Source of the DNA: an uncultured Trueperaceae bacterium
GTDB lineage: Bacteria; Deinococcota; Deinococci; Deinococcales; Trueperaceae
Direction: 5' to 3'
NCBI GenBank assembly: GCA_963727505.1
Contig: CAVSGP010000004.1
Coordinates: 576,001-640,000, forward strand
Length of the DNA: 64,000 nucleotides
Position 1 is the stretch's first letter. Every line of letters starts with the position of its first letter. Under the pieces are notes generated by a model that was given only the letters and a program-made list of their open reading frames with translations, was not told where the DNA came from and did not search any database. The translations under genes were made by a program, and so were the position numbers. Shown here in pieces: positions 61,291 to 64,000 of the stretch.

Positions 61291-61521
61291 TCGGCATGAA
61301 CTCGAGCACCCTGTCGAAGACGGACGTTGAACCGTCTGGAAGCCTTGGGGCCGTGGGAATGTTCAAGAGCTTGCTGTGCGGGCCGAGAGACACGAAGTCG
61401 GTACGAGAGGCACGGTAGCTCTCCAGTACCGACTTCGCAGGCCGACGGCCACAGACTCGATCAGCGGCAAGCAGATGCCACGACGTGCGACCACCGCCCG
61501 TTCGCGTGCGACTCGACAGCG

Positions 61522-62751
61522 CTACTGACTGAGCTGACCGATGATCGAGAACATCGGCAGGAACATGCCGGCCACGATGAAACCCACGATCACGCCGAGG
61601 AAGACGATGAGGGCCGGCTCGAGCGCCGCGGTCAGGCTATCGACAGCCTCGTCGACCTCACGCTCGTAGAACGCGGCGATCTTCTCGAGCATGTTGTCCA
61701 CCGCGCCGGTCTCCTCGCCGATGGCGATCATCGAGCTGACCAGGGGTGGGAACACCAGCGGGTACTTCGACAGCGTCTGGCTGATCTGCTCGCCGCGCTG
61801 CACCGCGTCCTTGGTCTCGTCCAGGATGTCCTCGACGATGACGTTGCCAGACGTGCCCTTGGTGATCTCGATCGACTCGATGATGTTGACGCCCGAATGG
61901 AGCAGCAAGCCGAAGGTACTGGAGAAGTTCGCGATGGAGGTCTTCTGGATCAGGGGGCCGAAGATCGGCAAACGTAGGAGCAGACGGTCGATGTTGTGGC
62001 GCCCGTTATCGGTCCGGTAGTAGAAGTTGATGCCCACCACGATCGCCACGATGACGCCGATCAAGATGTACCAGTCGAAGCGCAGGAAGTTCGAGATCGC
62101 GATGAGAACCTTCGTGATGCTCGGTAGCTCGCCGCCGAGCTGGCCGAGGATGCTGGCGAACTGCGGCACGATGCCCGTGAGCAGGAAGTAGGAGACGCCC
62201 AACGCGATGAACAGCACCACGACGGGGTAGGTCAGGGCTGTGCGGATCTTGCCGCGCAACTCCGCCTGCTTCTCCTGGTAGGCGGCGATGCGCTCGAGGA
62301 TGCCGTCGAGATTCCCCGAGACTTCCCCGGCCCGCACCAGGTAGACGTACAGGTTGTTGAACAGCCGGGGGAACTTGGCCAGCGCGTTGGAGAGCGGCTG
62401 ACCGGTCTCGACGTCCTCGCGCACGCGCCGGAGCGCGTCCTTGAGGCCCTCCTTGGGCGACTGGCGTTGCAGGATCGCCAGCGACTGGACCATCGGCAGG
62501 CCCGCGTTGATGACCGTGGCGAACTGGCGCGAGAAGATGGTGATGTCGCGGATGGTGGGCTTGCTCCCCAGATCCAACCACTTCGGCAGCTTGAGCTCGG
62601 CGTTCAGCCCCGACTTCGGCGACTTGATCTCGCTGATGAAGTAGCCCTTGTCACGCAGCGCGGAGGCCACGTCGCGCTGCGACGCCGCCTCCATGGTGGC
62701 CGCGATCACCTTACCGGAGCGGTCGCGCGCCTTGTACTCGAATACGGGCAT
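61522..62751 (-). CDS. pilC: Type IV pilus platform protein
   Basis: MPVFEYKARD, FSRQFAT, AGEVSGNLD, ALTYP, IGEETG, LEP, MFLPMF; AAGGAGG RBS. Confidence 0.93.
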   Translation of the reverse strand: MPVFEYKARDRSGKVIAATMEAASQRDVASALRDKGYFISEIKSPKSGLNAELKLPKWLDLGSKPTIRDITIFSRQFATVINAGLPMVQSLAILQRQSPKEGLKDALRRVREDVETGQPLSNALAKFPRLFNNLYVYLVRAGEVSGNLDGILERIAAYQEKQAELRGKIRTALTYPVVVLFIALGVSYFLLTGIVPQFASILGQLGGELPSITKVLIAISNFLRFDWYILIGVIVAIVVGINFYYRTDNGRHNIDRLLLRLPIFGPLIQKTSIANFSSTFGLLLHSGVNIIESIEITKGTSGNVIVEDILDETKDAVQRGEQISQTLSKYPLVFPPLVSSMIAIGEETGAVDNMLEKIAAFYEREVDEAVDSLTAALEPALIVFLGVIVGFIVAGMFLPMFSIIGQLSQ

Positions 62752-62906
62752 CCTGCCTCCTTCGCGCACCTTCGGGCGGGGCCCTATGGAGTCGCCCGCA
62801 GTCTACCGAAGCGCCCCGCCAGGAGGCTGGCGAATAGCTCACTTGGCGTGCCCGGCACGCTCCCGGCACCGCGACGCGCCCCACCCCGGAGGCTATGATG
62901 GCGCCC

Positions 62907-63557
62907 ATGCCACGCGAGAGCCAGGCCCGCAAGCGCGAGCGCGCCGCCCGCGTGCTGTCGGGCCTGAAGGCGCTCTACCCGGACGCCGAAACCGAGCTCG
63001 ACTTCCGCACACCGTTCGAGCTCCTGGTCGCCACCGTGCTCTCGGCCCAGGCCACAGACGTCAGCGTGAACCGGGCAACCCCCGCGCTGTTCTCCCGGTT
63101 CCCGGACGCTTCCGCCCTGGCGGACGCGGACGCCGGGGAGGTGGAGCCGCTCATCCAGACCATCGGGCTGTACCGCTCGAAGGCGAAGAACCTGACCGCC
63201 GCAGCACGGCTCCTGGTCGAGCGCCACGGTGGCGCGGTGCCTTCCACCCTGGACGAGCTCACGGCGCTGCCGGGCGTCGGACGCAAGACCGCCAACGTGG
63301 TGCTGGCCAACGCCTTCGGCCAGCCCACCATCGCCGTGGACACGCACGTCGGGCGGCTGGCCCGCAGACTGCGCTTCAGTCGCCACGACAACCCCGACAG
63401 GGTCGAGCGTGACCTCCAGAAGCTGTTCGACGAGGACGACTGGGTGTTCGTGCACCACGGCCTCATCCTGCACGGTCGCCGCGTGTGCAAGGCGCGCAGG
63501 CCGGAGTGCGAACGCTGCCCGTTGTGCTCCGAGTGCCCCTCGTGCGCCGTTCCATAG
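62907..63557 (+). CDS. nth: Endonuclease III
   Basis: LSAQATD, LPGVGRKTANV, VDTH, CxxxxxxCxxCxxxxxC. Confidence 0.96.
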   Translation: MPRESQARKRERAARVLSGLKALYPDAETELDFRTPFELLVATVLSAQATDVSVNRATPALFSRFPDASALADADAGEVEPLIQTIGLYRSKAKNLTAAARLLVERHGGAVPSTLDELTALPGVGRKTANVVLANAFGQPTIAVDTHVGRLARRLRFSRHDNPDRVERDLQKLFDEDDWVFVHHGLILHGRRVCKARRPECERCPLCSECPSCAVP

Positions 63558-63627
63558 GCCGGTGTTCCCTAGGCGCCTGTCGCAGGCGGTCCGCGGGCGC
63601 TCGAGCCGGTCTGCTAGGGTAGTCGGC

Positions 63628-64000
63628 ATGGTTGACCTGGCCATCGTGGGCGCCGGCCCCATCGGCATCGAGACCGCCATCCTCGCGAAGCGCGCCGGGC
63701 TGGATTACCGGCTCATCGAGAAGGGCTCCATCGTCAACGCCATCGCCGGCTACCCCACCTACATGACCTTCTTCACCACCTCCGAGCGGCTCGAGGTCGG
63801 CGGGCACCCCCTGGTAACGGCCACCGACAAGCCGACCCGCAAGGAGGCCCTCGACTACTACCGCAAGGTCGTCCAGAACGAGCACCTCGAGCTCACCTCC
63901 TTCGCCGAGGTCACCGCGGTGGAACGCCGCGGCGAGGGGTTCGCCGTCCACATGCGCTCGCGTGCGCCCGCGGGCGGGGTCGAGCGCGTCCTCGAGGCGC
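63628..64000 (+). CDS. ypdA: YpdA family bacillithiol disulfide reductase (runs off window end)
   Basis: Hand translation: MVDLAIVGAGPIG..IEKGSIVNAI..YPTYMTFFTTSERLEVGG..KPTRKEALDYYRKV. Confidence 0.85.
   Translation, partial: MVDLAIVGAGPIGIETAILAKRAGLDYRLIEKGSIVNAIAGYPTYMTFFTTSERLEVGGHPLVTATDKPTRKEALDYYRKVVQNEHLELTSFAEVTAVERRGEGFAVHMRSRAPAGGVERVLEA

Overview
A high-GC (roughly 70% by eye), gene-dense chromosomal segment, most likely from a Deinococcota bacterium (Truepera/Deinococcus-like). This assignment is inferred from a Taq-type PolA, a TmpR-type reductase, the Lon and PilC style, and pervasive leaderless genes. Most of the window is housekeeping: argS, lon, tpiA, argB, ppc, lipBA, ppa, pdxS/pdxT, PBP1A, trpE/G/D, fabI, polA, glmM, rpsT, a DEAD-box helicase, pilC, nth, ypdA and four tRNAs. 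I saw no integrase, transposase, prophage or CRISPR array. The most notable element is an ExbB/TolQ-ExbD/TolR motor operon. Its third gene has a TonB/TolA-type SxxxH anchor and a long Pro/Gln/Ala repeat stalk, but ends in a DUF3048 (YerB-like) domain instead of a TonB/TolA C-terminal domain. Other highlights: a copper module (unusual cupredoxin, one canonical and one Cys-less SCO) with DosR-like boxes; an unannotated leaderless Trp leader peptide before trpE; a GT2 gene inside the trp operon; pdxS and pdxT split by PBP1A and a peptidase; a triplicated promoter repeat; and a perfect 36-bp palindrome. All family calls come from motif recognition by eye, not database searches.
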